From a phage: 64,000 bases of DNA. The position numbers were made by a program, and so were the translations under genes. Numbering within the stretch: position 1 is the first letter of the stretch; every line of letters starts with the position of its first letter. Below, one piece after another: positions 1-8,732 of this stretch. The DNA is taken from the sequence record PZ229304.1, one strand, 5' to 3'. The notes beneath the pieces are model-generated. The model worked only from the letters and a program-made list of their open reading frames with translations. It had not been told where the DNA came from and did no database searches.

Positions 1-103
1 GAATGTAAAGGAGACATAAAAATGAAACATCGTTCGACCTATCTCACAAAACGTTTTAGCTTAGATCATAAATTGGGCTATTACGGAAGAAATAGAAAAT
101 AAT

Positions 104-163
104 TTGACAACGTTTTAAATTAGTGTAATATATATCACATAGGGCGGGAAATGGTTTCCCGCC
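104..163 (+). promoter_or_regulatory. early promoter (TTGACA 104-109, -10 near 126-131) followed by PeSL-type stem-loop GGCGGGAAA-tgg-TTTCCCGCC (143-163)
   Basis: Perfect 9-bp GC-rich inverted repeat with 3-nt loop directly downstream of a sigma70-like -35/-10; same cassette recurs upstream of other early ORFs. Confidence 0.6.
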
Positions 164-185
164 AAATCAAAGAAAGGTTATCATT

Positions 186-413
186 ATGGCTATCGTTATT
201 GTTCGCGTATCCGGTACGGTTGGAATCTCTCAGGTAGTAGCAGTTATCACAGAGAAGAAAGGAGATGATCTTCACTCCTCCTTGAATAGCTGGGCGGTCG
301 CTAATTTTGGGCAATGGTCGAGCGTTGAGTACATCGAATCCTACCAGGTGCCAACGATTAGCCTGACCGATCTGAATGTTGATCGCTTGTTGTGCCTGGA
401 TCAATTAAATTAA
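186..413 (+). CDS. hypothetical early protein
   Basis: ORF track; ATG 186 preceded by purine-rich RBS and promoter/PeSL cassette. Confidence 0.45.
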   Translation: MAIVIVRVSGTVGISQVVAVITEKKGDDLHSSLNSWAVANFGQWSSVEYIESYQVPTISLTDLNVDRLLCLDQLN

Positions 414-422
414 AAATAATAT

Positions 423-479
423 TGACAAGATAACTAAAATCAGTAAAATGTAATGCATAGGGCGGCACTATTGCCGCCC
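423..479 (+). promoter_or_regulatory. early promoter (TTGACA 423-428) plus PeSL-like stem-loop GGGCGGCA/TGCCGCCC (460-479)
   Basis: Inverted repeat preceded by conserved CATAGG, downstream of TTGACA. Confidence 0.5.
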
Positions 480-481
480 TA

Positions 482-715
482 GTGAGAGAGATTATCAAAA
501 TGGCTAATATCCGCACACTGTTAAAAAATGCAAGTCAAGTTTTATTTTCAGATGACGAATATTTTAATAAAGATATTACAGGCGTGAAAAATTTAAAAGA
601 CGTGAAGGATGTTATCGGTATCCGTGGATCTTTACGTAAAGGTGACATATACGGTAACAAGGTGCAGTATAAACTGTCAAAAGATTATGATTTTACTTTG
701 ACAATTATTTCATAA
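482..715 (+). CDS. hypothetical early protein (alternative start at 500)
   Basis: ORF track; follows promoter/PeSL cassette. Confidence 0.45.
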   Translation: MREIIKMANIRTLLKNASQVLFSDDEYFNKDITGVKNLKDVKDVIGIRGSLRKGDIYGNKVQYKLSKDYDFTLTIIS

Positions 716-721
716 AACTAC

Positions 722-782
722 TTGCAAACCTGGTAAAATAAAGTAAACTATATTCATTAAGGCGGTGGAATAGCCAACCGCC
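722..782 (+). promoter_or_regulatory. promoter-like TTGCAA plus imperfect PeSL-like hairpin (761-782)
   Basis: GGCGG...CCGCC inverted repeat upstream of RBS AGAGGAA. Confidence 0.4.
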
Positions 783-806
783 TAACAAAGAGAAGAGGAA
801 AACATC

Positions 807-977
807 ATGATCACTTTCGCTACCCGTGAAGCCGCTCGCAACGTTGCACGTAAAGTTAACGCCGCCAACCTGGGCGCTACGCTTAAAGCCCCGGTAAAAG
901 ATGAATCAGGAAAATGGATCTTCCCTGGTCTGCGTCACGCTGATAAGCTGGGAACATTAACGTTAAAAAATAAATAA
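807..977 (+). CDS. hypothetical small protein (56 aa, below the ORF-track cutoff)
   Basis: ATG 807 seven nt after AGAGGAAAA RBS; open to TAA 975-977; preceded by hairpin cassette. Confidence 0.4.
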   Translation: MITFATREAARNVARKVNAANLGATLKAPVKDESGKWIFPGLRHADKLGTLTLKNK

Positions 978-984
978 TATTCGC

Positions 985-1043
985 TTGACAGTAGCATCAT
1001 TTATAAGTAAAGTAACAACAACGGCGGGAAATGGTTTCCCGCC
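985..1043 (+). promoter_or_regulatory. early promoter (TTGACA 985-990) plus PeSL GGCGGGAAA-tgg-TTTCCCGCC (1023-1043)
   Basis: Identical hairpin sequence to the 143-163 copy. Confidence 0.6.
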
Positions 1044-1063
1044 ATCAATAAAGAGATAAGATT

Positions 1064-1423
1064 ATGAAATCAGCAAAAGCAATTAAAACTTACATTTTGT
1101 CGGCTATTTCTTTTGATGGTACTACAACCGAAAAAGAAAAAATCACCGAACTGATGCGCCGTTTTAATTCTGAATACTGGTATCCCGATAATCAAAAACG
1201 TTACAATTATAACGTGATCAAGGCGATAGCCTCATGGTTACAAGGTTTACCGTCAGAAATCAATATTGCTTTTGATTATAACGAGATCGATCACTTGTTA
1301 ATTGAATGGAAGTACATAAAAGAAACAAGCAAAGAAACAACCGTTACCCGTGAGCGGGAAAATTATTGGTTATATATTGCAAGCATGATCGTAATCCTGG
1401 CAAAACAGCATAACGTGGCGTAA
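1064..1423 (+). CDS. hypothetical early protein
   Basis: ORF track; RBS; downstream of PeSL cassette. Confidence 0.5.
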   Translation: MKSAKAIKTYILSAISFDGTTTEKEKITELMRRFNSEYWYPDNQKRYNYNVIKAIASWLQGLPSEINIAFDYNEIDHLLIEWKYIKETSKETTVTRERENYWLYIASMIVILAKQHNVA

Positions 1424-1438
1424 TTAAGAGGAAGAAAC

Positions 1439-1576
1439 ATGAACGCATCACAGCAGATCGAAAAATTCAACCGCAGCAAGGCGCGTAAAGATTGGAACGA
1501 AGAGATCACCAAAAAAGGTGACAAGCGGAACAAAACAAAGAGAGATCGCAGCACAAAAAGATACTGGAACGAATAA
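1439..1576 (+). CDS. hypothetical small basic protein (45 aa)
   Basis: ATG after AAGAGGAAG RBS; lysine/arginine-rich; followed by terminator. Confidence 0.35.
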   Translation: MNASQQIEKFNRSKARKDWNEEITKKGDKRNKTKRDRSTKRYWNE

Positions 1577-1583
1577 CAAAAAA

Positions 1584-1604
1584 GGGCGCAATAAGCGCCC
1601 TTTT
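1584..1604 (+). terminator. rho-independent terminator GGGCGC-aataa-GCGCCC plus TTTT
   Basis: GC hairpin followed by T-run. Confidence 0.6.
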
Positions 1605-1694
1605 AGCTTATATAGAGGCTTGTTACCCATAGGCAATGGTAACGCCAGGGCAAGCCTATAAATCAACGTTAGACGGCTTTACAGGAGCTTTAAA

Positions 1695-1877
1695 ATGAGA
1701 TTAGAAGAAATAAGCAAGGCACTAGCCCAGGGGCAAAGGTTAAACGCCCGTTATCGTGATCAATATGGTTTCATAACTAGCGGCGTGATCCTGGGGATTG
1801 AAGACAATAAGATTTTTATTGACACGTTGAAAAACGTTGTATATAGTGACAATATAATCTCAATAAAACATATATGA
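1695..1877 (+). CDS. hypothetical protein
   Basis: ORF track. Confidence 0.35.
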   Translation: MRLEEISKALAQGQRLNARYRDQYGFITSGVILGIEDNKIFIDTLKNVVYSDNIISIKHI

Positions 1878-1885
1878 GGCAAGAA

Positions 1886-2287
1886 ATGAAAAAATTATTG
1901 ATCGCTGGTTTACTCTCTTTTGGCATGGTTGGAACATCTAGCGCGGCGATATCCTCCACAGTAGCAGAATTAAGCGCCGTTGATGCAATGGAAAACGTCA
2001 TGCTTATTAACAATGCGATCCCCGATGAAATCATGGAGGATTCACACATGATCGCTTATGGTGCTGTTACACAACTAACGGCAAAAATAGATAAATCTAT
2101 TGTTAATGGCTTAAATGAAGATGTACCATGTGAAATTATTACAAGTGTGCTGACTACTCAAAATTTTACGCCGTGGTTAAAAAGTATTCAAAAAGTACAC
2201 AGTACAGCCGCAGATCGTAGCAATGAAAAACTAGTGTCAGCACTTGCAACGTATACCCTGGCAAAATGCACCGAGATAAAAGATTGA
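1886..2287 (+). CDS. hypothetical secreted protein (N-terminal signal peptide MKKLLIAGLLSFGMVGTSSAA)
   Basis: ORF track, start moved to ATG 1886 after GAGGCAAG RBS; hydrophobic signal-like N-terminus. Confidence 0.45.
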   Translation: MKKLLIAGLLSFGMVGTSSAAISSTVAELSAVDAMENVMLINNAIPDEIMEDSHMIAYGAVTQLTAKIDKSIVNGLNEDVPCEIITSVLTTQNFTPWLKSIQKVHSTAADRSNEKLVSALATYTLAKCTEIKD

Positions 2288-2334
2288 CAACATAGAAAGC
2301 ACGTTATAAGATACACACAACAAAGGAGAACTAC

Positions 2335-2631
2335 ATGAACGGCATAGCTAAAACGTTTTTTCTTTTTTCTGGTGTAAATGATCCATCAATAAAAGTCGAT
2401 AGTGTAAAAGAAAACAATACTATCACAGCTAAATTGTATCAAGATGAAACAAATAACGTGCTAATCATTAATCTTAAAGAAATAACAAAAGGTTATTATG
2501 CTATTGCTTACCATGCGATTTATCATGCTGGTACTAGTGAGGAAGTGCAAACAAGCAACAACGAAAGCGCGGCGCTACCTGGTGATCTGGTGCTGGGCGT
2601 TATCAGTTTAATTGTCAATGATTTTTTTTAA
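2335..2631 (+). CDS. hypothetical protein
   Basis: ORF track; RBS AAGGAGAA upstream. Confidence 0.45.
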   Translation: MNGIAKTFFLFSGVNDPSIKVDSVKENNTITAKLYQDETNNVLIINLKEITKGYYAIAYHAIYHAGTSEEVQTSNNESAALPGDLVLGVISLIVNDFF

Positions 2632-2967
2632 GGAGTAAAACCATGCCCTATTTACATTTATTTTTCGGTATCTTATTGACGGGATCTTTTTTCTTCTGTA
2701 TGCTTGTTTCTATTGTAAACCACGTTTTAAGACATTAAGGAAACAGCATGAAAATTATTCCCGTACAATATAGCGTAATAAATCCAGCATACGAGGAAGG
2801 AAGGAAAACAAGCATGGCTTTATGTTGTATTACTACTATAGCCATGTTGTTATACATTGTGTTTTAATAGGTTTTATAGTTGTACGCTTTAAAGGCTTGA
2901 CAATTTTTTGTTATGCTTTAAACTATATCTTGAAAACGGCAAAGGCCGCAAACAAAAGGGTAAAATT

Positions 2968-3291
2968 ATGAAATCTGTGATCGGTGTTTATTTGGATAAC
3001 TCTGATTTTTTCTATCATCGCGCTCGTTTCCTTGATGCGATTGAAATGATAGAATCAGGCTTTAAAGAGTATCGCCTTGCACATGATGACCTGGAAGCAT
3101 TACAGGGCAATAGTGTTTTTACATTGCAAGCGAAAGCACTATGTAAAAGCCGGATCGACATTGCGAGCAAAAAGATAGAACGCGGCATGTCCTGGTTGCG
3201 CACCGCAGAAATCAACATGGGGCAATGGCACGGCGAAAACTTAGAAAATAAACATACTTTTGTCAATGTAGAAAATATTGAAGATTATTGA
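2968..3291 (+). CDS. hypothetical protein
   Basis: ORF track, start moved to internal ATG 2968. Confidence 0.4.
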   Translation: MKSVIGVYLDNSDFFYHRARFLDAIEMIESGFKEYRLAHDDLEALQGNSVFTLQAKALCKSRIDIASKKIERGMSWLRTAEINMGQWHGENLENKHTFVNVENIEDY

Positions 3292-3353
3292 TTGACAGCA
3301 CACCTGATAAGTAGTATATTGTATCTCATAGAGCGGGGAAATGGTTTCCCCGC
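3292..3353 (+). promoter_or_regulatory. early promoter (TTGACA 3292-3297) plus PeSL GCGGGGAAA-tgg-TTTCCCCGC (3333-3353)
   Basis: Same cassette architecture. Confidence 0.55.
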
Positions 3354-3373
3354 CTTAAAAGAAGAGATAAGCT

Positions 3374-3658
3374 ATGAAGATCACAAAAGCACTTTCCAAC
3401 TATGCAGCACGTCGCGGCTTATGTTTAACCGTTGAAAACCTGGGGAAAGAAGATTTTTTGTGCTTTTGGGAGCTTGAGAATGATAATGAGTGGATCTTCT
3501 CTTATTCTATCTGCGAAGATCAAAACGGTTGTTTATTAACCTGGCGCGGTAATATCTATCTACCGGAAGAAATCAAAGAAGAATTGCCAGGCACGATCAT
3601 GACTGAGAAACAGCTTAAGGAAGTGATCAATTTTGTAGGGCAAAACATTAAAAAATAA
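3374..3658 (+). CDS. hypothetical early protein
   Basis: ORF track; RBS; PeSL upstream. Confidence 0.5.
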   Translation: MKITKALSNYAARRGLCLTVENLGKEDFLCFWELENDNEWIFSYSICEDQNGCLLTWRGNIYLPEEIKEELPGTIMTEKQLKEVINFVGQNIKK

Positions 3659-3719
3659 TTTGACACCAGGCAAACAACGTAGTAAAGTTTATCACATAGG
3701 GCGGGAAATGGTTTCCCGC
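3659..3719 (+). promoter_or_regulatory. early promoter (TTGACA 3659-3664) plus PeSL (3701-3719)
   Basis: GCGGGAAA-tgg-TTTCCCGC hairpin after conserved CACATAGG. Confidence 0.55.
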
Positions 3720-3741
3720 TCACAACAAAAGAGAACAAATC

Positions 3742-3912
3742 ATGATCCCGACTATGTTTTACGTATCGCGCAAAGGTCACAATATTTTTTGGTCTGAAGA
3801 TTTAAATGAAGCCATGACGTTTGCCCGTGATCGTGTTGCTATCGGTGGCGTTAACATTACTGTAACCGATGAAAACGGCATTGAATACTATAACGGCGAC
3901 GATGAAGAGTAA
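3742..3912 (+). CDS. hypothetical small protein (56 aa)
   Basis: ATG 3742 after GAGAACAAA; open to TAA 3910-3912. Confidence 0.4.
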   Translation: MIPTMFYVSRKGHNIFWSEDLNEAMTFARDRVAIGGVNITVTDENGIEYYNGDDEE

Positions 3913-3919
3913 TTAATGA

Positions 3920-3940
3920 GGCGGGGGAGTATTCCCCGCC
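3920..3940 (+). promoter_or_regulatory. PeSL-like GC hairpin GGCGGGG/CCCCGCC with no recognisable promoter upstream
   Basis: Inverted repeat between a stop codon and the next RBS. Confidence 0.4.
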
Positions 3941-3959
3941 GTCAATAAAGAGGTAAATC

Positions 3960-4229
3960 ATGAAAATATCATTTGACGTTGCAATCAAGGCCATCGAATC
4001 CGGTTACACCCTGGTAAAAGATGATAAGGCTAAAATAGTGCATCATGTTAACAAGGAAACAGGCGAAAGCATGATCACATATAAAGCCGCCTACTTTCTC
4101 CAATCAGTAGCAGATCCGCGCGTACAGCGCCAGGTCACGGCGGCTATTGCTAAAAAATTATGTGCTTTACAGGGCACAAGTTTTAACGAGATCCCGCCGT
4201 GTTTTGACTGGTCGAGCTTGAAAAAATAG
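3960..4229 (+). CDS. hypothetical protein
   Basis: ORF track; RBS AAGAGGTAAA. Confidence 0.5.
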   Translation: MKISFDVAIKAIESGYTLVKDDKAKIVHHVNKETGESMITYKAAYFLQSVADPRVQRQVTAAIAKKLCALQGTSFNEIPPCFDWSSLKK

Positions 4230-4230
4230 T

Positions 4231-4292
4231 TTGACAATATGCGGTTATCTGGTAAAGTGTACCACGTAGGGCGGGGCAATAAGGCAACGCCC
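4231..4292 (+). promoter_or_regulatory. early promoter (TTGACA 4231-4236) plus degenerate PeSL (4269-4292)
   Basis: GGGCG...CGCCC inverted repeat after CACGTAGG. Confidence 0.45.
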
Positions 4293-4308
4293 ACTAATGA
4301 GGGTAAAA

Positions 4309-4413
4309 TCATGTTAGAGAAAATTTTCACGGTTGTAGTAGTGGGCCTGGCGTTATCGGTTGGATTGGTTGCAACTATGGCTAACATGATCCTATCTTCC
4401 CACGGTATTGGAT
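4309..4413 (+). CDS. hypothetical small hydrophobic peptide (34 aa, probable membrane peptide)
   Basis: ATG after GAGGGTAAAA; hydrophobic stretch VVVVGLALSVGLVA. Confidence 0.3.
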
Positions 4414-4425
4414 AAGGTGAATCAA

Positions 4426-4659
4426 ATGATCACGAATAAGACAGGTAAAACAGAATTTTTACGCGGCTTGCAAATAGGTAAACCTGAAATCTGGCATTGC
4501 ACTAAAACACCACGTGACGAAATGAAAGATTTCACCGCTACTTTACAACGTGTTAAAATATCTATCACACAGAAAAAAGCCTTGTTAGTAGTAGAAAACG
4601 AGATCCCGCAAACCAGATCGGGAATGATTTACATTTTACCCGTAACGGTCACGGCGTAG
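4426..4659 (+). CDS. hypothetical protein
   Basis: ORF track, start moved to ATG 4426 after AAGGTGA. Confidence 0.4.
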   Translation: MITNKTGKTEFLRGLQIGKPEIWHCTKTPRDEMKDFTATLQRVKISITQKKALLVVENEIPQTRSGMIYILPVTVTA

Positions 4660-4786
4660 GCTTTTGGGATCGCCCTGAAATATACACTACTAACACCGCC
4701 AACCGCCTAACAAATGCGGCTAAATTAATGCCATCGGTGCATGCTTACATTGGTGAAGATAATTTGATTTATATTGAATAAAAAGT

Positions 4787-4848
4787 ATTGACACCGATCC
4801 CCCAATATGTTACTATTTACCACGTAGGCGGGAAATGGTTTCCCGCCA
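4787..4848 (+). promoter_or_regulatory. early promoter (TTGACA 4787-4792) plus PeSL GGCGGGAAA-tgg-TTTCCCGCC (4828-4848)
   Basis: Third identical hairpin copy. Confidence 0.6.
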
Positions 4849-4870
4849 GGTAATCAAAAAGGTAAATACT

Positions 4871-5260
4871 ATGCGCAACCTGGTTTCTGTTTCTAACGTT
4901 GAAAAATTCCAATCTTTACAGGGTATCGTTAACAACGTAGCGCCTTTTTTAGTCAATGGCTTGATTGCAAAGATGAAGAATAAACATCATGCCGCATGGT
5001 CTGCTTACTGCTTTGACAATGATGAAAAAGCGGCTGAAATGATGTTAAATATGCTGTTAGACAGTGTAGAATCATCTTTACCGGAAAACATCGCAGAAGA
5101 GATCACCTATCGTTATAATATGGCGATCACTTACCAGGAGGTTGCGCAATTTAATATGATGGACGATGACGAACAACAGGATCAGGAAATATTCTGGGAG
5201 TATGCGGATCGTCAATCGGCTTTTGATGAAAAGTTAGCGATGTATTATAACGAATATTAA
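4871..5260 (+). CDS. hypothetical protein
   Basis: ORF track, start moved to ATG 4871 after AAAAAGGTAAA. Confidence 0.5.
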   Translation: MRNLVSVSNVEKFQSLQGIVNNVAPFLVNGLIAKMKNKHHAAWSAYCFDNDEKAAEMMLNMLLDSVESSLPENIAEEITYRYNMAITYQEVAQFNMMDDDEQQDQEIFWEYADRQSAFDEKLAMYYNEY

Positions 5261-5276
5261 TACACGGTAAAAGAAA

Positions 5277-5300
5277 GGGGCGCACTAAGCGCCCTTTTTT
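5277..5300 (+). terminator. rho-independent terminator GGGGCGC-actaa-GCGCCC plus T6
   Basis: GC hairpin plus T-run. Confidence 0.65.
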
Positions 5301-5722
5301 GTATTCTTTTTTCACAATGGAAGCGACACGTAAAGAATAGGCGTAAAGGTGGCGTAAAACCATCTAAAACCGACTGTAACCGCTTAAACAAGGTAGGAAT
5401 GATTAATCACCTTACCAGGATGAAAAAGCTGTTATAAAGCTATATAGGGCGTTTAAAGCACATAGGAAATAATTTGCTTTTTATCTTGCCTTTTATTCTG
5501 CTTTTGATTATTATTATGGAACGGGCGGCACCTGGGAACAGGGGAAGATAATCACCGGACGACCCCGCTATATATTGATAGCTAACATCTATCAAACAAC
5601 AAAACATCAAAGGAATAAACTATCAAATCTTTACAATCTCATCTATTGACCGGTAAATCATAGCAGTTTAATATTGTTTTTAGAGGGTAGAACATACCCA
5701 AAACGAAAACAGGAAAAAGAAA

Positions 5723-5959
5723 ATGAAAGAAGTCATGATCCTCAAAAAATCACCTATTTTACGTGGTGGCTTTATCGCTTACTCTGATGATCTGTTAATT
5801 GCAACGGTTGCAAAAATACTAAAATCAGAAGAGGATAGTAAAAACGGCGTTTATCGTATCTGTTTCACCCGTGGGAAATTGCAAGGCAAGATCGCCTATG
5901 CTTTTGATTTACAAGATGTAAATGATAAAATCTGCGCTGTTATTGATTATGCAAAATAA
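5723..5959 (+). CDS. hypothetical protein
   Basis: ORF track; RBS AGGAAAAAGAAA. Confidence 0.45.
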   Translation: MKEVMILKKSPILRGGFIAYSDDLLIATVAKILKSEEDSKNGVYRICFTRGKLQGKIAYAFDLQDVNDKICAVIDYAK

Positions 5960-6046
5960 TTAACTTTCTTATTGACACCGGATCACGCTTACATTATTAT
6001 TTATCACGTAGGGCAAATCATTTTAAACGGTAAACGAGGAATCACC

Positions 6047-6430
6047 ATGAGCAATATCATCAACCTGGCGGCTACTGTAAACGGTAAAGATTTTAACGGC
6101 GCTGTAGATCGTGATCCTATGTGGTGCTTATCCGTGTTTAAAGGCGATCTGGTTGAAGTTAGAACAACCGAAGGTTATAGCGACGATTATAAATGCGAGA
6201 TCCATTTACACAACTGGTACACGGGTAAAACTTATGCGCTGAATCATGCGTTTATCGGCAAGGTTGAATATAGAGAAATGATCGACGAAGAAACGGGGCA
6301 AGATTTTAGCGATTATGTTTATATCCGTTCCGAGACATTAGCAGAACGTTTGATCGAGAAAATGAAAGCAAAAAATAAAATTAATTTAGCTCATTGGATT
6401 GATATAACAAACGATCCAGCTTATAAGTAA
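6047..6430 (+). CDS. hypothetical protein
   Basis: ORF track, start moved to ATG 6047 after GAGGAATCACC; promoter TTGACA 5972-5977 upstream. Confidence 0.5.
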   Translation: MSNIINLAATVNGKDFNGAVDRDPMWCLSVFKGDLVEVRTTEGYSDDYKCEIHLHNWYTGKTYALNHAFIGKVEYREMIDEETGQDFSDYVYIRSETLAERLIEKMKAKNKINLAHWIDITNDPAYK

Positions 6431-6446
6431 ATGACACTTCACACCA

Positions 6447-6472
6447 GGGCGCACAAAGCGCCCTTTCTTTTT
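6447..6472 (+). terminator. rho-independent terminator GGGCGC-acaaa-GCGCCC plus T-run
   Basis: GC hairpin plus TTTCTTTTT. Confidence 0.65.
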
Positions 6473-6677
6473 ACCTAAATAAAGATGATAGCTTTTACCT
6501 ATCAAAAACGTTCACCGAAAAAAGTGAATAGATCGCGGTATCGAGCTAATCAAGGAGCAGATGAACAACCATACCATGAAGATCATAAGGCGCTTACAGC
6601 GTGTTTTAGACCGCTTATTTTTAATTTCTTCATGCAACTATTTGGCAAAAACAGCCTTTTTCTTGTCTTTCCTCTTA

Positions 6678-6690
6678 AATGATAATCATT
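6678..6690. promoter_or_regulatory. Fur-box-like palindrome AATGATAATCATT
   Basis: Exact match to the 13-bp core of GATAATGATAATCATTATC. Confidence 0.3.
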
Positions 6691-6733
6691 CTTATTTATA
6701 GCTGATTATTTATGCAATAAACTGCATAATGCA

Positions 6734-6748
6734 ATAATGATAATCATT
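6734..6748. promoter_or_regulatory. Fur-box-like palindrome ATAATGATAATCATT
   Basis: 15 of 16 contiguous positions match the Fur-box consensus. Confidence 0.3.
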
Positions 6749-7613
6749 CTTAACTTATGACCATCTAACCTATAAAATAATAAGTTATCTAACTAAATTA
6801 AAACTAATTATCTTACTTTTATTTATAACTTACTGTTACTATCTCATTGATAACCTTATATTAAACAACAATAACTAATATAAATCATTACTAAGCTAAA
6901 TATAATCTATCTAACCTTTAAAACTATAACTATAATCTATTGAATTATTGCACAAAGTAACTATTAAATCGTTAGTAACATTACTAAATAATTAATATCC
7001 TATCTATTTATGATCTAATCTTTACATTCCTATCTATTACCTAAATAATCATTTCATATAGTAATCATTTCATACAATAACTATAACAAGAAATATAATT
7101 CGCAAGCGTATCATTAGCAGCCTATGCCGGACACATAGGCGGCTAATAATAACGCAACTACACACCCCACATAATAACTATCACCGATAGTTATTATTTG
7201 TGCTTATGTAGCTTGCAACAACTGCAAGCGCAACAATATACATGGTATATTGTATCCCTTACATTGTTGCGGTGCGTTATTATTAGCTAATGTTTAGAAC
7301 ATTGGCTATAATATAAGCTAAATCATAAGCTATGCAATAATAAACATGGTGAATAATGACATTGATGATCATAATGCGCCACCTTCCAGGGGGCGCTATG
7401 TGAACACAAAGAAATCTTTCTTGTCAAGAAAATATTACTACTATTGCGCAAAATTATTTATATCTGAATAGATGATTTTTTATGCTATTGCCCCCTTGAT
7501 TATTACTATTTGTTGCCCTAACTATTGTCATTTGTTGAGCCTACTTTCTTAAAAGCGCAATAAATCAGAATTATCTTGATTTTTAGTCGGTTTTATAGTA
7601 CAGAAAGTATGCA

Positions 7614-7629
7614 AATGATAATCATTATC
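7614..7629. promoter_or_regulatory. Fur-box-like site AATGATAATCATTATC
   Basis: 16 contiguous positions identical to Fur-box consensus positions 4-19. Confidence 0.35.
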
Positions 7630-7795
7630 AGCTATCTTCCACGGGTGGCACTATTTCACGCCAGATCATTTCATTTGGCAAGGTGTATATAGATGTTTAG
7701 AAATGCCAAGCCATTGATTTACTTAGAATTTATCTGTTTTGTTGTGAGTAGTGCCTTTCTTGCTCAGAAAATAATCAAAAGTCTTATAAGTCATT

Positions 7796-7830
7796 GAATG
7801 ATAATGCAAATGATAATTATTCTCATTGAT
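7796..7830. repeat. degenerate tandem of GATAAT-type hexamers (tgaATGATAATgcaAATGATAATTATTCTCATTga)
   Basis: Repeated ATGATAAT units. Confidence 0.3.
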
Positions 7831-8272
7831 ATTTGAGGGGGACGGTCGGCAGAAATCGGGGGGCGCTGAAAATCGCGTTAAGCACCTCTCGCAAGCGAGC
7901 AGTATTTTGCGGCAAGTTATTGATATTATTGACTTTACGCTTAAGAAAAGGGGGCGTGTCGAAATAAATCGGGTATACCGGAAAATTTTTGTGGCATAGA
8001 TATTTATTTGTCTATATTATGTACAAAGGGGTGTGTTAAAAATAATAGGTATATATAGAATAATTGATAGGGAAATCCTATACTAAATCCTTCATTAATG
8101 ATGTTCCTATGTTGCTGTTCTTGTAATAGATGAAAAGACGCTATATGATGTGTGGCATGAAACGTAAACTTATAAGATGCAAATAATGCTTGCATTGAAT
8201 AGAAATGTCTATACACTGTGTTTCATAAGATATGCAATATCGCGCATAACAAACTACTAATGAGAGGTGTAA

Positions 8273-8731
8273 ATGAAAACTGTATCTTTGTATCTTGCTA
8301 ACACGGAGCGTGTACATAATCTTGTAAAAGAATGCGGTGTGAGTGTTCAATTTAACATAGGAAAGCCTTCCGTGGTGACAGGCAGTGAGATGTGTGTTAT
8401 TGATTTCCTCAATGAATATTTTCGTGGAAAACCTATTGCTCGTCACTTCATTCGAGAAATGCGAGATGTACAACAGGATTATGAATTCTACCCAGAAATT
8501 TGTGAACGCTATGAAACTATTCTTAGTTCTGTAGAAGATCCAGATACCAGTGAAACAGGTGTTTCCCACTTACTGTGGATGTTGAATGAAATTCAGGATG
8601 GGTGTAATGGTATGTCTGAAACCAAACGCCATCGTTGGCTAGGCTATATTCAGGGTGTTATGGTTATGAAAAACCTTATTACAGTGAGTGATGAACGTAA
8701 CGCTACACGCCCCGTCTTTAATGGAGCATAA
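8273..8731 (+). CDS. hypothetical protein
   Basis: ORF track; RBS GAGAGGTG. Confidence 0.5.
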   Translation: MKTVSLYLANTERVHNLVKECGVSVQFNIGKPSVVTGSEMCVIDFLNEYFRGKPIARHFIREMRDVQQDYEFYPEICERYETILSSVEDPDTSETGVSHLLWMLNEIQDGCNGMSETKRHRWLGYIQGVMVMKNLITVSDERNATRPVFNGA

Positions 8732-8732
8732 C

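Larger units (their letters stand above)
6683..8272. other. AT-rich non-coding island (about 1.6 kb) with palindromes, tandem short repeats and Fur-box-like sites; possible origin, regulatory or ncRNA region
   Basis: No ORF of 60 aa or more on the + strand; only two overlapping, low-complexity minus-strand ORFs in the AT-rich stretch. Confidence 0.5.

Noticed and set aside
135-404. Minus-strand 89-aa ORF overlapping the + strand ORF 186-413
   Set aside because: It is antisense to an ORF that has a promoter, PeSL hairpin and RBS, and has no translation signals of its own; the whole region is transcribed rightward
6485-6682. 65-aa + strand ORF just after the terminator at 6447-6472
   Set aside because: It starts inside the terminator-flanking region with no RBS, runs into the Fur-box-like palindrome and has odd composition; probably non-coding
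8004-8569. Two overlapping minus-strand ORFs (8004-8216 and 8141-8569) at the edge of the AT-rich island
   Set aside because: Low-complexity AT-rich translation (runs of F, I, Y, H), overlapping in different frames and antisense to the rightward block, with no RBS; likely spurious
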